NCBI RefSeq assembly: GCF_035285525.1
Contig: NZ_JAYKGW010000070.1
Location: forward strand, 1-32,000
DNA length: 32,000 bases
Direction: 5' to 3'
From: Okeania sp.
GTDB taxonomy: Bacteria; Cyanobacteriota; Cyanobacteriia; Cyanobacteriales; Microcoleaceae
The translations under genes were made by a program, and so were the position numbers. The notes under the pieces are model-generated. The model was given only the letters and a program-made list of their open reading frames with translations. It did no database searches and was not told the DNA's origin. Each line of letters begins with the position of its first letter. Positions within the stretch are counted from its first letter, which is position 1. Positions 17,396 to 27,501 of this stretch are shown here, one piece after another.

Positions 17396-17579
17396 TTAGG
17401 GCGGAGTTTATATAAATCTTAGAGTCAGTATTAAAATCCTAATTAAAAAGTTTTCATTAGGGCGGGTTTATATAAATCTTAGAGTCAGTATTAAAATCCT
17501 AATTAAAAAGTTTTCATTAGGGCGGGTTTATATAAATCTTAGAGTCAGTATTAAAATCCTAATTAAAACCCGCCCCTAC
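17396..17579. repeat. three tandem 60-bp units of a GGGCGGGTTT...AAACCCGCCC hairpin MITE; only the last unit has the right terminus
   Basis: TTAGGGCGG(A)GTTTATATAAATCTTAGAGTCAGTATTAAAATCCTAATTAAAAAGTTTTCA occurs twice. A third copy ends ...AATTAAAACCCGCCCCTAC. The array begins 9 bp after the helicase stop. Confidence 0.9.
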
Positions 17580-17597
17580 TATTACAGTAATATCAAA

Positions 17598-17890
17598 TCC
17601 ACTTAATTTAGTAGAAAAAAATCTTCGATTTTCAACCATTACCAAATCTCTCCACACCAACCACACTTTTCTGAACAAAACTTACCCAAAGATACTATAT
17701 ATAAAGTCAAAAAACTGTTGCACAATAATTTTTGAAACTATATCTAAACTCTAGTGCATAAGTCCTGACTATTTAAGATCACATCCTCTTAATTTAGTAG
17801 AAAAAAATCTTCGATTTTCAACCATTACCAAATCTCTCCACACCAACCACACTTTTCTGAACAGAACTTACACAAAGATACTATACTATA
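17598..17890. repeat. two direct copies of about 105 bp, offset by 187 bp
   Basis: TCC.CTTAATTTAGTAGAAAAAAATCTTCGATTTTCAACCATTACCAAATCTCTCCACACCAACCACACTTTTCTGAACA.AACTTAC.CAAAGATACTATA occurs at 17598-17703 and 17785-17890. Confidence 0.85.
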
Positions 17891-17986
17891 TATATAAAAA
17901 TTACTCCCTATCTCCCCATCACCCCATCTCCTTATAAAGAGTTTTTCAGCAGACCCTAGCTAAAACCTCCCCCCATTTAAAAACAC

Positions 17987-18036
17987 AAAAATACAGGGCT
18001 TAAATGCTTAAATTTTTAGCCCTGTATTTTTTGAAA
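17987..18036 (-). terminator. hairpin terminator downstream of the EF-G gene, potentially bidirectional
   Basis: AAAAATACAGGGCT (17987-18000) pairs with AGCCCTGTATTTTT (18018-18031). T-runs follow the stem on both strands. It lies about 65 bp past the fusA stop. Confidence 0.6.
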
Positions 18037-18097
18037 TTAACTAAGTATTCAGCTTTTCCCAAAAATAGCTGACCGCTGATAACTGAAAGGTAAATGC

Positions 18098-20191
18098 TTA
18101 TTTAGACTTAGCTTCCTGACGTTCCTTAGCTTCCTTAATCACCACTTCTGCCACATTATTAGGACAAGGTGCATAATGAGAAAACTCCATAGAAAACTGA
18201 CCCCGACCAGAAGTCATAGTCCGCAAATCCCCAATATAACCAAACATCTCACTTAATGGCACATCCGCCTTAATACGACTACCAGTTGCTGTCGAATCTT
18301 GAGACTTAATCATACCCCGACGACGATTAAGATCTCCAATCACATCACCAACATGATCGTCAGGAGTAAACACATCAACCTTCATTATCGGTTCCAATAA
18401 CTGAGGAGAAGCTTTAGAAAAAGACTGACGATAAGCAGCTTTCGCAGCAATCTCAAAAGCGATCGCTGAGGAGTCAACCGGGTGGAAAGCGCCATCCGTT
18501 AATGTGAACTTCATATCCACACAAGGATAACCAGCTAACATACCCTTGGCAAAACTACTCTCAAAACCTTTTTGTACAGCAGGCCAAAATTCTCTGGGCA
18601 CATTTCCACCAGTCACCTTTGACTCGAACTGGAAACCTTCACCAGTTTCAGCAGGTTCCATCACATAATCAATCTTAGCAAATTGACCAGAACCGCCAGA
18701 CTGCTTCTTATGAGTATAGCTATCTTCAAGACGCTTAGTAATAGATTCACGATAAGCTACCTGTGGTTTACCAACTTCCACATCAACTCCATAAGTCCGT
18801 TTCAGAATATCAACCTTAATATCCAAATGTAATTCACCCATACCCTTAATGATGGTTTCATTACTTTCAGCATCTGTTTCAACTCGGAAAGATGGGTCTT
18901 CCTGAACCATTTTACTCAATGCCAAGCCCAATTTTTCTACAGAACCTTTATCCTTAGCTGCCACAGCAATAGAAATTACTGGGTCAGGGAACACCATCGG
19001 TTCCAAAGTAGCAGGTTCTTTGGGGTCACAGAGAGTATGGCCAGTTTGTACATTCTTCATTCCCACAATAGCAACAATATCCCCTGCTTGAGCAGATTCA
19101 ATTTCTTCGCGGGAGTTGGCGTGCATTTCTACCAAACGTCCAACTCTCTCAGTCTTACCTGTAAAAGTATTAAGAACGGTGTCGCCTTTAGACAAAGTAC
19201 CAGAATAGATACGGGTAAAAGTCAAAGCACCATATTTGTCATCCATAATCTTAAAGGCCAAAGCTCGCAGTGGCTTTTCTGGATCGACATAGGCTACTTT
19301 ACCAGTCTCGTTACCTTCGAGGTCAATTTCTGGTTGTGGCTTAACTTCTGTAGGATTAGGTAGATAATCAACTACTGCATCAAGTACCAACTGTACGCCC
19401 TTATTTTTGAAAGATGAACCACAGTAGGTGGGGAAGAAAGCTAAGTCCCTAGTACCCTTACGAATACAACGTTTGAGAGTATCAATATCTGGCTCTTCTC
19501 CTTCCAAATATTGTTCCATTACGTCGTCGTCTTGCTCTACAGCAGTTTCAATTAACATTTCCCGATATTTCTCAACATCATCAACCATATTCTCTGGAAC
19601 ATCTTTAATCTCATATTTGGTTGGGTCTCCAGAATCATCCCAAATCCATGCTTTGCGGGTTAGCAAATCCACAACTCCCACAAAATCATTTTCAATACCA
19701 ATTGGTAATACCATTACTAATGGTTTGGCCGCGAGTACATCTTCTACCTGCTTGACAACTCTGTAGAAATCTGCTCCTGTGCGGTCTAACTTATTTACAT
19801 AGATAATTCGAGCAACTTTAGAATCATTAGCATAACGCCAGTTAGTTTCAGATTGGGGTTCTACACCACCAGAACCACAAAATACACCTACACCACCATC
19901 GAGAACCTTGAGGGAACGATATACTTCGATGGTAAAGTCAACGTGGCCAGGGGTGTCAATAATATTTAATTGATGGTTATTCCAGAAGCAACTTGTGGCA
20001 GCGGACTGAATCGTAATACCACGTTCTTGCTCCTGTTCCATAAAGTCTGTTGTCGCGGCACCTTCGTGGACCTCACCGATTTTATGAATTTTTCCGGTTA
20101 GTTTCAAAATTCTTTCTGTTGTGGTGGTTTTGCCCGCATCAACGTGGGCGAAGATGCCAAAATTGCGATAACGAGTGAGGTCTTTTGCCAT
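18098..20191 (-). CDS. fusA: elongation factor G, a stand-alone copy not in an rpsL-rpsG-fusA-tuf context
   Basis: 697 aa with G1 [13 protein letters not shown]3 DTPGHVDF, G4 NKLD and EF-G domains II-V (e.g. GELHLDI, GQFA, HPVDSS). Confidence 0.92.
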   Translation of the reverse strand: MAKDLTRYRNFGIFAHVDAGKTTTTERILKLTGKIHKIGEVHEGAATTDFMEQEQERGITIQSAATSCFWNNHQLNIIDTPGHVDFTIEVYRSLKVLDGGVGVFCGSGGVEPQSETNWRYANDSKVARIIYVNKLDRTGADFYRVVKQVEDVLAAKPLVMVLPIGIENDFVGVVDLLTRKAWIWDDSGDPTKYEIKDVPENMVDDVEKYREMLIETAVEQDDDVMEQYLEGEEPDIDTLKRCIRKGTRDLAFFPTYCGSSFKNKGVQLVLDAVVDYLPNPTEVKPQPEIDLEGNETGKVAYVDPEKPLRALAFKIMDDKYGALTFTRIYSGTLSKGDTVLNTFTGKTERVGRLVEMHANSREEIESAQAGDIVAIVGMKNVQTGHTLCDPKEPATLEPMVFPDPVISIAVAAKDKGSVEKLGLALSKMVQEDPSFRVETDAESNETIIKGMGELHLDIKVDILKRTYGVDVEVGKPQVAYRESITKRLEDSYTHKKQSGGSGQFAKIDYVMEPAETGEGFQFESKVTGGNVPREFWPAVQKGFESSFAKGMLAGYPCVDMKFTLTDGAFHPVDSSAIAFEIAAKAAYRQSFSKASPQLLEPIMKVDVFTPDDHVGDVIGDLNRRRGMIKSQDSTATGSRIKADVPLSEMFGYIGDLRTMTSGRGQFSMEFSHYAPCPNNVAEVVIKEAKERQEAKSK

Positions 20192-20440
20192 GTTTTACTC
20201 TCTTGTTAGATATTACAAACTGTACTCTTTTAGTATTACACAAAGGGGATTAGTTTCACCAGAAAAATCAATTTCAGTATGTCAAGTCTCTAGATTTGAG
20301 CAACTGGTACTGATAACTGATAGGCTGGCCCTTGGCTGAAGTGGGATTTCTTAAGATATAGTTAGAAATTCTGCTTCTTGCCCTATGTTATAGTGTCAAT
20401 TCTAAAGTATCTTGACCAAAAATCAGCTTTGGGTAGTCAT

Positions 20441-20480
20441 TTCAGTTATCAGCCCTTTCAGTTATCAGCCTTTTCAGTTA
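20441..20480. repeat. degenerate STRR array (TTCAGTTATCAGCCCTT-type units)
   Basis: TTCAGTTATCAGCCCTTTCAGTTATCAGCCTTTTCAGTTA. Confidence 0.7.
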
Positions 20481-20908
20481 GCCTCCTGGGGAGGAGTTGC
20501 GCTAACAGTACCTTGGAGCTATTGCCAGAGACTTGAGACTTTATAGCAACCGCCAAGGCAGTTAGGACATATTAAAAGCCTAAAACCCAGACAAAGCCAG
20601 ATTTTTCCTTCTGCCTTCTCCCCTCTGCTATATTTTTTGGTCAGAATTCAGAAGTTAGATAATAAATGTCCTAAATTATTTATTTAGCACACTCATCTTG
20701 CCTATGGTAGCTTTTTCAATATGACTTGCGCATAAGTACCTTTAACAATGGTGTAGAATTTTTTCTTTTCCGTAAGTCTTGATTAAGATAATATTTAATG
20801 TATTGTTGTAACTAATCTGAAAAAATCAACTTCAGTATTTCAAACCTCTGTCTAAAGCCAAAGACACTGATAACTGAAAAGGCTGATAATTGATAACTGA
20901 TAACTGAC

Positions 20909-21358
20909 ATGACTATGGAAATCGAAAATTTTCTGACTTGGTTAATCTTTTTTGGATTAATAAGTAGCTTTGGTATTAGTGCAATGATATATGCTTATCG
21001 TGGACAAGGAAGTATTTCTATCCTATTTACAGAACCAATATCAAAATCTTCATTAATTCCACCAGAAATAACAGTTAACTTTGAACAAGGATGTGAAGCT
21101 TTTCGAGTTAAAAATTATCAACAAGCTATCAATAAGTTTACTGAAATTATACAAAATAATTCCAATATTCCTGAAGCTTATCATAATCGAGGTTTAGCTT
21201 TTGCTAACTTACGTCAAGATGATGAAAGTGTAGCAAATTTATTACAAGCAGGAGAATTATATCTCCAAGCAGAAAATCAACAAGCGATCGCTCTGATTAA
21301 AAAAAATCTAGAGTTATTAAAAGCCAGAAAAGAATCTATTTCAATAATTAATAATTAA
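20909..21358 (+). CDS. small membrane-anchored TPR-repeat protein
   Basis: N-terminal hydrophobic helix (LTWLIFFGLISSFGISAMIYAY), then a TPR-like Y.QAI..F...I......PEAYHNRGLAF. The ATG is directly preceded by a CTGATAA-type array. Confidence 0.7.
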   Translation: MTMEIENFLTWLIFFGLISSFGISAMIYAYRGQGSISILFTEPISKSSLIPPEITVNFEQGCEAFRVKNYQQAINKFTEIIQNNSNIPEAYHNRGLAFANLRQDDESVANLLQAGELYLQAENQQAIALIKKNLELLKARKESISIINN

Positions 21359-21663
21359 CAATTACCTCTTCTTTGATTGAATTTGATATGGCGTTTCAGC
21401 TATCGCGAATAGTTTCAGCTTTCGCCGACATGAATGCGCTCCCATTTCCTATACGAAAAAGCGGATTTTGCATCAACAAAATGACTGCTTTTTCTCCATA
21501 AATGAAAATGCTTTATACTTTAATTAATTTTTAGGTAAAAATAACAATTAATTGATATAATATGATAGATTTGACCAAAAAATAAGGTTTCAAGGCTCTG
21601 GCAATAGCTGAGAGTTATACCATTTCTAAATTGGTATTACTGAGAACTGATAACTGAAATTTA

Positions 21664-21669
21664 GGAGGT
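21664..21669 (+). promoter_or_regulatory. Shine-Dalgarno sequence of the GST gene
   Basis: AGGAGG lies 4 nt upstream of the ATG at 21674. It is the only clearly canonical RBS I see next to an STRR array in this window. Confidence 0.6.
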
Positions 21670-21673
21670 AAAA

Positions 21674-22636
21674 ATGGGTTTAGGAATTTTAATAGATGGT
21701 AAGTGGATTTCTGAGAGAGAACAAGAAGATTCTCAAGGTAGATTTATTCGCCCTCAAACCACTTTTAGAAATCAAATTACAACAGATGGTTCTAGTGGCT
21801 TTAAAGCAGAAACAGGACGTTATCATCTATACATTTCTTGGGCTTGTCCTTGGGCACATCGAACTGCTATTATGCGAAAAGTTAAAGGGCTAGAAGATGC
21901 TATTGGTTTGTCAGTTGTTGGTGCTGTAATTGACCAAAATAGTTGGGAATTTACAGATGAACCAGGAGCTATTCCTGATACTATTAATTATCATAATTAT
22001 CTTTGGCAACTTTATCTTCAAGCAGACTCTAATTATAGCGGTAGAGTAACTGTTCCGGTACTTTGGGATCGCCAAACAAATCAAATAGTTAATAATGAAT
22101 CCCGTGAAATTATTCGGATGTTCGATACTCAGTTTAATGGCATTGCTAAAAATGATATAAATTTATGTCCTGAAGATTTATTGGATAAGATTGAAGAAAC
22201 TATTGATAAGATTTATCAACCTATTAATAATGGTGTTTATCGAGCAGGTTTTGCTGGTTCTCAGTTCGCTTATGATGAAGGAGTAAAAGATTTATTTGCA
22301 GCTTTAGATTCTTGGGAAGATGTCTTATCAAAACAACGTTATTTATGTGGCGATCGCTTAACTGAAGCTGATATTTGTATGTTTACTACTTTGCTTCGTT
22401 TTGACCCGGTTTATTATGTTCATTTCAAATGTAATTTACGTCATATTTGGGAATATCCAAATCTCGGGAATTATTTGAAGGATATTTATCAACATCCAGG
22501 GGTAAAAGAAACTTGTAATTTTGACCATATTAAACGGCATTATTACATGAGTCATCCTAAAGTTAATCCTACTAGAATTGTACCAGTTGGTCCGGAGATG
22601 GATTTAGATTCTTCTCATAACCGTGCTTCAATGTAA
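21674..22636 (+). CDS. Xi-class glutathione S-transferase / glutathionyl-hydroquinone reductase (YqjG/ECM4-like)
   Basis: RYHLYISWACPWAHR (CPWA active-site motif), VPVLWD, NNES.EI and a C-terminal HIK.HYY, all typical of the GS-hydroquinone reductase family. Confidence 0.88.
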   Translation: MGLGILIDGKWISEREQEDSQGRFIRPQTTFRNQITTDGSSGFKAETGRYHLYISWACPWAHRTAIMRKVKGLEDAIGLSVVGAVIDQNSWEFTDEPGAIPDTINYHNYLWQLYLQADSNYSGRVTVPVLWDRQTNQIVNNESREIIRMFDTQFNGIAKNDINLCPEDLLDKIEETIDKIYQPINNGVYRAGFAGSQFAYDEGVKDLFAALDSWEDVLSKQRYLCGDRLTEADICMFTTLLRFDPVYYVHFKCNLRHIWEYPNLGNYLKDIYQHPGVKETCNFDHIKRHYYMSHPKVNPTRIVPVGPEMDLDSSHNRASM

Positions 22637-22795
22637 AATGACAATTTAGCTGTTAGTTTCGGCTATTAATATCTGAATTATTGCAATCTAACTGAATATA
22701 AAATAGGGAAAAAGATAGCAGTTCAAACAGAAACTTTATACTCTTTCTCTTTACCCTGTTTTCTTAATCTATTATGTTTATTTTTCCAAAATAAA

Positions 22796-22890
22796 TATAG
22801 CTCCTAAATGATTTGTAAAAAAAAATGTAGGGGTTTGGTCTCCAAACCCAAGGGTAGATAAAATTTTACAATCTACTTAGGAGTGCTATA
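22796..22890. mobile_element. MITE-like hairpin element
   Basis: TATAGCTCCTAAATGATTTGTAAAA versus TTTTACAATCTACTTAGGAGTGCTATA, around the inner hairpin GGGGTTTGGTCTCCAAACCC. Confidence 0.6.
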
Positions 22891-23199
22891 TTTTAAATTA
22901 TCAGCTCTACTGCTATTTTCTCTAATTTTTGTTCGTAGTTTTTTTGTCGCTTGCGGATTTTTTTTTGCTGCATCTCAATGGGCGAAGAAAACGAAAAATT
23001 TATTGCTTTTAGGGAATAGGGAATAGGAAAAAAGTATTTTTGCGAATGGGAGATTAATCCTTTTTTTTTGAGCTAGATAAGTATTAATTTCCTTTAAATA
23101 TAATCATACTATAGAGAGTTGATTTTTGATACAAAAAATTATCATTAAGTTGATTAATTTTATTTAAAATTATCTTGAATCAAAATAATATTTATGTTA

Positions 23200-23691
23200 C
23201 TAAATTAGCTCTAAATTAAAATCAAACTTACCAATGGAAATTAATTTAGCATGACGACCGCAGAGGGTTTTGTCAACAGTATTTTCTATATTAGAAAAAT
23301 TCAAACAAACTCGTAAAAAATTAGGAGGATAATCAACTAATTTTTCAGCCCATTCAATAGCAACAATACCCAAAGGTACTTCTAAACCTTCCCAATAAAT
23401 CTCTAAATTTAAAGCTTCAATCTCTGAACTTTCTAAGCGATATAAATCAAAATGATAAAGAGGAATTTTGCCAGAAAAATATTCATTAATTAAAGTAAAT
23501 GTCGGACTATCAATTGTTTCATTTATTCCCAAACCTGCGCCAATACCTTGAACCAAAGTAGTCTTACCACTACCTAAATTTCCCTCCAATAAAATTACAC
23601 TACCAACAGGTAAAAATTTCCCTAAACTTTTACCAAGATTATAAGTAGCTGCTGCATTTTCTAGTGAGAAAAAAACTTCTTGATTCTTCAT
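23200..23691 (-). CDS. tsaE: tRNA t6A37 threonylcarbamoyladenosine biosynthesis protein TsaE
   Basis: 163 aa with LEGNLGSGKTTLVQGI (P-loop), SPTFTLINEY, HFDLYRL and IEW, the standard TsaE/YjeE signature. Confidence 0.9.
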   Translation of the reverse strand: MKNQEVFFSLENAAATYNLGKSLGKFLPVGSVILLEGNLGSGKTTLVQGIGAGLGINETIDSPTFTLINEYFSGKIPLYHFDLYRLESSEIEALNLEIYWEGLEVPLGIVAIEWAEKLVDYPPNFLRVCLNFSNIENTVDKTLCGRHAKLISIGKFDFNLELI

Positions 23692-23760
23692 TTCAATTAT
23701 CAGTTATCAGTATTTTATACTGAGGTAAAAGTATATCCTATTTCTACTTTTTCCTTTTTA

Positions 23761-23932
23761 TAAAGTATAGAAATCAGGTTGGTTAGAGACAAATTTCAAT
23801 ATATTCAGCTATCTAATAAAAACCCGGTTTCTCCGAGATCTAGGTTTTCCTTCTTTCTAAAGTATAGAAACCAGGTTGGTTAGAGACAAATTTCAATATA
23901 TTCAGCTATCTAATAAAAACCCCGGTTTCTCC
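23761..23932. repeat. two tandem copies (period about 97 bp) of a small hairpin element
   Basis: TAAAGTATAGAAA(T/C)CAGGTTGGTTAGAGACAAATTTCAATATATTCAGCTATCTAATAAAAACC(C)CGGTTTCTCC occurs at 23761-23834 and 23858-23932. Confidence 0.85.
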
Positions 23933-23960
23933 TTCTTCCTTCTTCCTTCTTCCTTCTTCC
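23931..23960. repeat. heptamer array (CCTTCTT)x4 ending 2 bp from the yvcK-like stop codon
   Basis: CCTTCTTCCTTCTTCCTTCTTCCTTCTTCC. The complementary GAAGGAA runs occur at 2101-2128 and 7341-7385. Confidence 0.85.
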
Positions 23961-23962
23961 TT

Positions 23963-25351
23963 TTAAACCCGACTATACCACTGAAATAAAACCCGTGCCA
24001 ACATCATAGAATCATGGCGAATAACACCAGTTTTTTCATCCTCATACATGACATTAGTTAAAAGAATTTTCCGCCCCAAATTTTTAACCGCTTCTCTGTC
24101 AAGAAAAACCGGATGAGAACCCTCTTGAGCATACTTAATTAATGCTTTTTCTGAAGGACTTTTTCCCTGAGCTAAAACAGTATCAAATAATTTCTTACCA
24201 CAAGCAACATCAATAGCACGAATATGATCCGCTACAGTATATCCATCAGTTTCCCCAGGCTGAGTCATAATATTACAAACATAAATACTAGGAATATTTC
24301 TACAAGCGATCGCCTCAGTAATTTCAGATACTAATAAATTAGGAATTACGCTAGTATATAAACTCCCAGGACCGATAATAATATAGTCAGCTTCTTCTAT
24401 AGCTTGCAACACTTTAGGTAAAGCAGGAGGATTTTCAGGAGTACAACCTATTTTGACAATTTTCCCTCCTGCTTCAGTAATATTAGACTCCCCTTCAATA
24501 CGTCGCCCATCGGATAATTCTGCCCAGAGGTTAACATCAGTCAAAGTAGCAGGCAAAACTTGACCTTGCACAGCTAAAACCTGTGAACTAGCAGCTATAG
24601 CTCTTTCTAAATCTCCTGTCACCTCACTCATTGCTGTGAGAAAGAGGTTGCCAAAACTATGTCCATTCAAACCATCACCAGCACTAAACCGATATTGAAA
24701 CAACTCAGTTAATAACTTTTCCTCACTAGCTAAAGCTGCCAAACAATTCCGAATATCTCCAGGTGGCTGTACTCCTATCTCTCGGCGTAACCTACCAGAA
24801 GAGCCACCATCATCAGCCACTGTGACTACAGCGGTAATATTAGCACTATAATCCTTAAGACCCCTTAATAAATTGGAAAGGCCAGTACCTCCACCAATGG
24901 CTAAAATTTTAGGACCTCTATTTAATCGTCGATGAGTAAGTAAAAGATCTACAAGTTTATCATTTCCTTCCGGCATTAATACTTGAGTAATATTATTTAA
25001 ACTACGGTTTTGTCCCCAGAAGATAAATAATAAACCACTAAGAATGGCTATTGGCCCGGAAATATAATTAGGTAATATAGTTGTGATCCAAGCCAAAAAT
25101 CCTTTTAATGTTTGTAGGGTATAAAAAACAGGAGTCATTCCTGTTGATATTCCTATTCCTAAGCTAGTTAGTAGTACACCAACAGCACTTAAAAGTAACC
25201 ATCGTTTAACGAATAATCCTGGGGCAAGCCATTTAAACCATTGGTAAATGACGTGGGAATTAGTTTTATGATATTTCCTTGGAGAAGAGTTACTTTTGAG
25301 GAAATTGCGTAGGGTTTTTTTCAGTAAAGCAGTTGACATAGGAATTTTCAC
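23963..25351 (-). CDS. YvcK/CofD-like (gluconeogenesis factor family) protein with an N-terminal membrane extension
   Basis: The core shows [46 protein letters not shown]. The first 115 residues or so contain several hydrophobic segments. Confidence 0.87.
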   Translation of the reverse strand: MKIPMSTALLKKTLRNFLKSNSSPRKYHKTNSHVIYQWFKWLAPGLFVKRWLLLSAVGVLLTSLGIGISTGMTPVFYTLQTLKGFLAWITTILPNYISGPIAILSGLLFIFWGQNRSLNNITQVLMPEGNDKLVDLLLTHRRLNRGPKILAIGGGTGLSNLLRGLKDYSANITAVVTVADDGGSSGRLRREIGVQPPGDIRNCLAALASEEKLLTELFQYRFSAGDGLNGHSFGNLFLTAMSEVTGDLERAIAASSQVLAVQGQVLPATLTDVNLWAELSDGRRIEGESNITEAGGKIVKIGCTPENPPALPKVLQAIEEADYIIIGPGSLYTSVIPNLLVSEITEAIACRNIPSIYVCNIMTQPGETDGYTVADHIRAIDVACGKKLFDTVLAQGKSPSEKALIKYAQEGSHPVFLDREAVKNLGRKILLTNVMYEDEKTGVIRHDSMMLARVLFQWYSRV

Positions 25352-25800
25352 CTTAGCTTAAATTCAGGACAAATTTTTATGGAAATTTTATATATAATAA
25401 GGAGAGTTCTGGCACTATTATGTAGCTTCAGGACTAGATTTTCTGGGAAGAAAATGTGTGAAGTAGGAAATTAGGAGGGTGAGAGAGTTTGATGGGATAA
25501 GGATTTTAGAAAAAAATCTACCCTTGTTTCAGTTATCAGTGATCAGTTATCAGTACCCCGTAGCTTTTGCCAGAAGTTGGAAATACTGAATTGAAAATTA
25601 TTTCATCTCCTTGAAAGTTTAGGGCTAATTCTTTGTCTTCAGAGAATATTTAGAACCCTATATTTTTGGTTAATTAATTCTAGCAAGGTGTACAAAAATT
25701 CAAAGGATTCTATTTTCTAGCAACAATAAATAGACCCTGCTTTGAAAGGGGAGGCACATACCCCAATCTTTTGCTAAAAGTAGGGAAGTCAGGGAGTAAT

Positions 25801-25854
25801 TTCAGTTATCAGTTATCAGTTATCAGTTATCAGTTATCAGTTATCAGTTATCAG
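25801..25854. repeat. STRR-like array (CAGTTAT)x7
   Basis: Perfect heptamer tandem from 25803 to 25851, plus partial units. Confidence 0.92.
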
Positions 25855-26116
25855 CACCTCTGTCTGTTTGCGCAGCATGACCTAGGAAAGCCAGAGGCTT
25901 GAAATACTGAATCGAATATTTCTCTTGGTCGATTGGATATGCTTAGGGAACCCATCCATCTCACCCTGCGGGGAGTTTTGATAACGACCGCTTTTTCATC
26001 CCTTTGAAAGGGGAGGCTTTATACCCAATTTTTCGGTAATCAGGATTTCCTAATTTATTTTTTTGGTGTTATGTTGCTATATAATATATCTTGGGAAAAA
26101 AGTCAATACCTAATTT

Positions 26117-26905
26117 ATGAACTATGAACCTCTAATTGAATTAAAGGGAGTTAGTAAGTCATTTGGGCAAAATATTGTTTTAGATCGAGCAGACTTAACT
26201 ATTTATCGTGGAGATGCCTTAGCTATTATTGGTCCATCGGGTACTGGTAAATCTACAGTTCTCAGAATTATTGCTGGTTTATTGACTCCTGATGCTGGAG
26301 AAGTTTATGTGCAGGGAAAGCAAAGAGTTAGATGGATGGATGATTTAAAAGACCCAATTACTATTGGTATGGTATTTCAGAATGCAGCTCTGTTTGATTC
26401 TTTGACTGTAGAAGAAAATGTTGGTTTTCTATTGTATCAACATTCTAAGTTATTACCTTCTCAAATTCAGGATTTGGTGAACCAGAAGTTAGAAATGGTG
26501 GGTTTGAGTAATATTGGCGATCGCTATCCGGCAGAGTTATCTGGTGGGATGCGTAAACGGGTTAGTTTTGCTAGAGCTATTATTACTAATCCGGAAAATC
26601 CCCATGATGATCCAGATGTATTATTATATGATGAGCCTACTGCTGGTTTAGACCCTATCGCTTCTACTGTAATTGAGGATTTAGTCCGTCGCATACAATA
26701 TTTGGATGGTGGTTGTAGCACTTATGTTATGGTGACTCATCAACATAGTACCATTCGTCGCACAGCGGACAGAATTATTTTTCTTTATCAGGGTAAGGTG
26801 CAGTGGGAAGGTAGTGTTAAGGAAATTGATAATGTTGATAATCCTCTAGTACGACAATTTTTTACGGGTAGTGTAGATGGCCCGATTAAGGTGGTGGGTT
26901 ATTAA
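26117..26905 (+). CDS. ABC transporter ATP-binding protein, MlaF/TGD3-like
   Basis: Walker A GPSGTGKST, Q-loop, signature LSGGMRKRVSFARA, Walker B LLYDEPTAGLD, H-loop VTHQ. An MlaD-family gene follows. Confidence 0.9.
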   Translation: MNYEPLIELKGVSKSFGQNIVLDRADLTIYRGDALAIIGPSGTGKSTVLRIIAGLLTPDAGEVYVQGKQRVRWMDDLKDPITIGMVFQNAALFDSLTVEENVGFLLYQHSKLLPSQIQDLVNQKLEMVGLSNIGDRYPAELSGGMRKRVSFARAIITNPENPHDDPDVLLYDEPTAGLDPIASTVIEDLVRRIQYLDGGCSTYVMVTHQHSTIRRTADRIIFLYQGKVQWEGSVKEIDNVDNPLVRQFFTGSVDGPIKVVGY

Positions 26906-26990
26906 ATTCAGCTATCACTTATCAGTTATCACTACCAATATCTGAAATATCTGGATTGCAAATACTGAAGTTATTTTTTTCATTACTCTA

Positions 26991-27273
26991 GGGCGTGTCA
27001 TCAATTAAATAAGTTGACAAAAAGGCTATTCTCTGTTAGGTAAAAATGGCGATCACGGTTGGGTAAGTTCAGATACAGCGAGCGCATACCTGAAATTTTG
27101 CGGTCGGTAGGGGCGGGTTTCTGCTTAGGGACGTTGCATAAGGGCGTCCCTACAAAGATTTTCATAAGTTTAGATAAACCCGCCCCCCCCAATGATGTAA
27201 TGAACAGTTTTAGCTTTGTCAGTCCACTACTTTTGTTGATAAAGCTTCTAACATCTAATTGATGACATGCCCT
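26991..27273. mobile_element. MITE-like element with a nested GGGCGGGTTT hairpin MITE at 27107-27190
   Basis: Outer termini are GGGCGTGTCATCAATTAAAT and ATCTAATTGATGACATGCCC. The inner element is GTAGGGGCGGGTTT...AAACCCGCCCCCCCC and itself carries GGGACGTTGCATAAGGGCGTCCC. Confidence 0.6.
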
Positions 27274-27370
27274 AAAAGGGGCAAAAACTAATCTTTTGGT
27301 CAAATAAAGTTAAAAGTTGTTTTGGTAACAGAAATTTTGATTAACCTTCCAAAAGAAAGTTAGAAGTTAA

Positions 27371-27501
27371 TATAGTAATTCTATTTTATTTGTGTCAAAA
27401 ATCTTACTGCTTTTTACGGAAAAGGAAATAAGGAGTAGGTGGGGATTTCAATTTTTTTATTTACTTGTTGATTTATCACAACCTATTTTAGGATTATTAT
27501 A
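27371..27501. mobile_element. MITE-like element of the same family as 2141-2385
   Basis: TATAGTAATTCTATTTTATTTGTGTCAAAAATCT... and ...CACAACCTATTTTAGGATTATTATA. Confidence 0.55.

Noticed and set aside
17396-17579. The 60-bp tandem repeats, and the similar array at 29471-29683, considered as a CRISPR array
   Set aside because: The units are directly contiguous with no unique spacers. The units themselves are MITE-type hairpins, and no cas genes are present.
19037-19766. Antisense ORFs inside fusA (19037..19363, 19428..19766). The same applies to antisense ORFs in the patatin gene, psbQ, mlaD-like gene, ABC gene, thrB and the oxoprolinase gene
   Set aside because: Each sits opposite a well-supported conserved CDS. 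They are Ser/Leu/Ile-rich, as is typical of antisense frames.
21360-21660. Intergenic region after the TPR gene with repeated GTTTCAGCT.TCGC motifs, considered as an sRNA or riboswitch upstream of the GST gene
   Set aside because: I cannot recognise a conserved structure or a known motif. It looks like degenerate STRR and repeat debris, so the evidence is too weak to report.
27001-27303. ORFs 27001..27303 (-) and 27059..27262 (+)
   Set aside because: Both lie wholly within the nested MITE structure (26991-27273) and overlap each other on opposite strands. Neither shows a motif.
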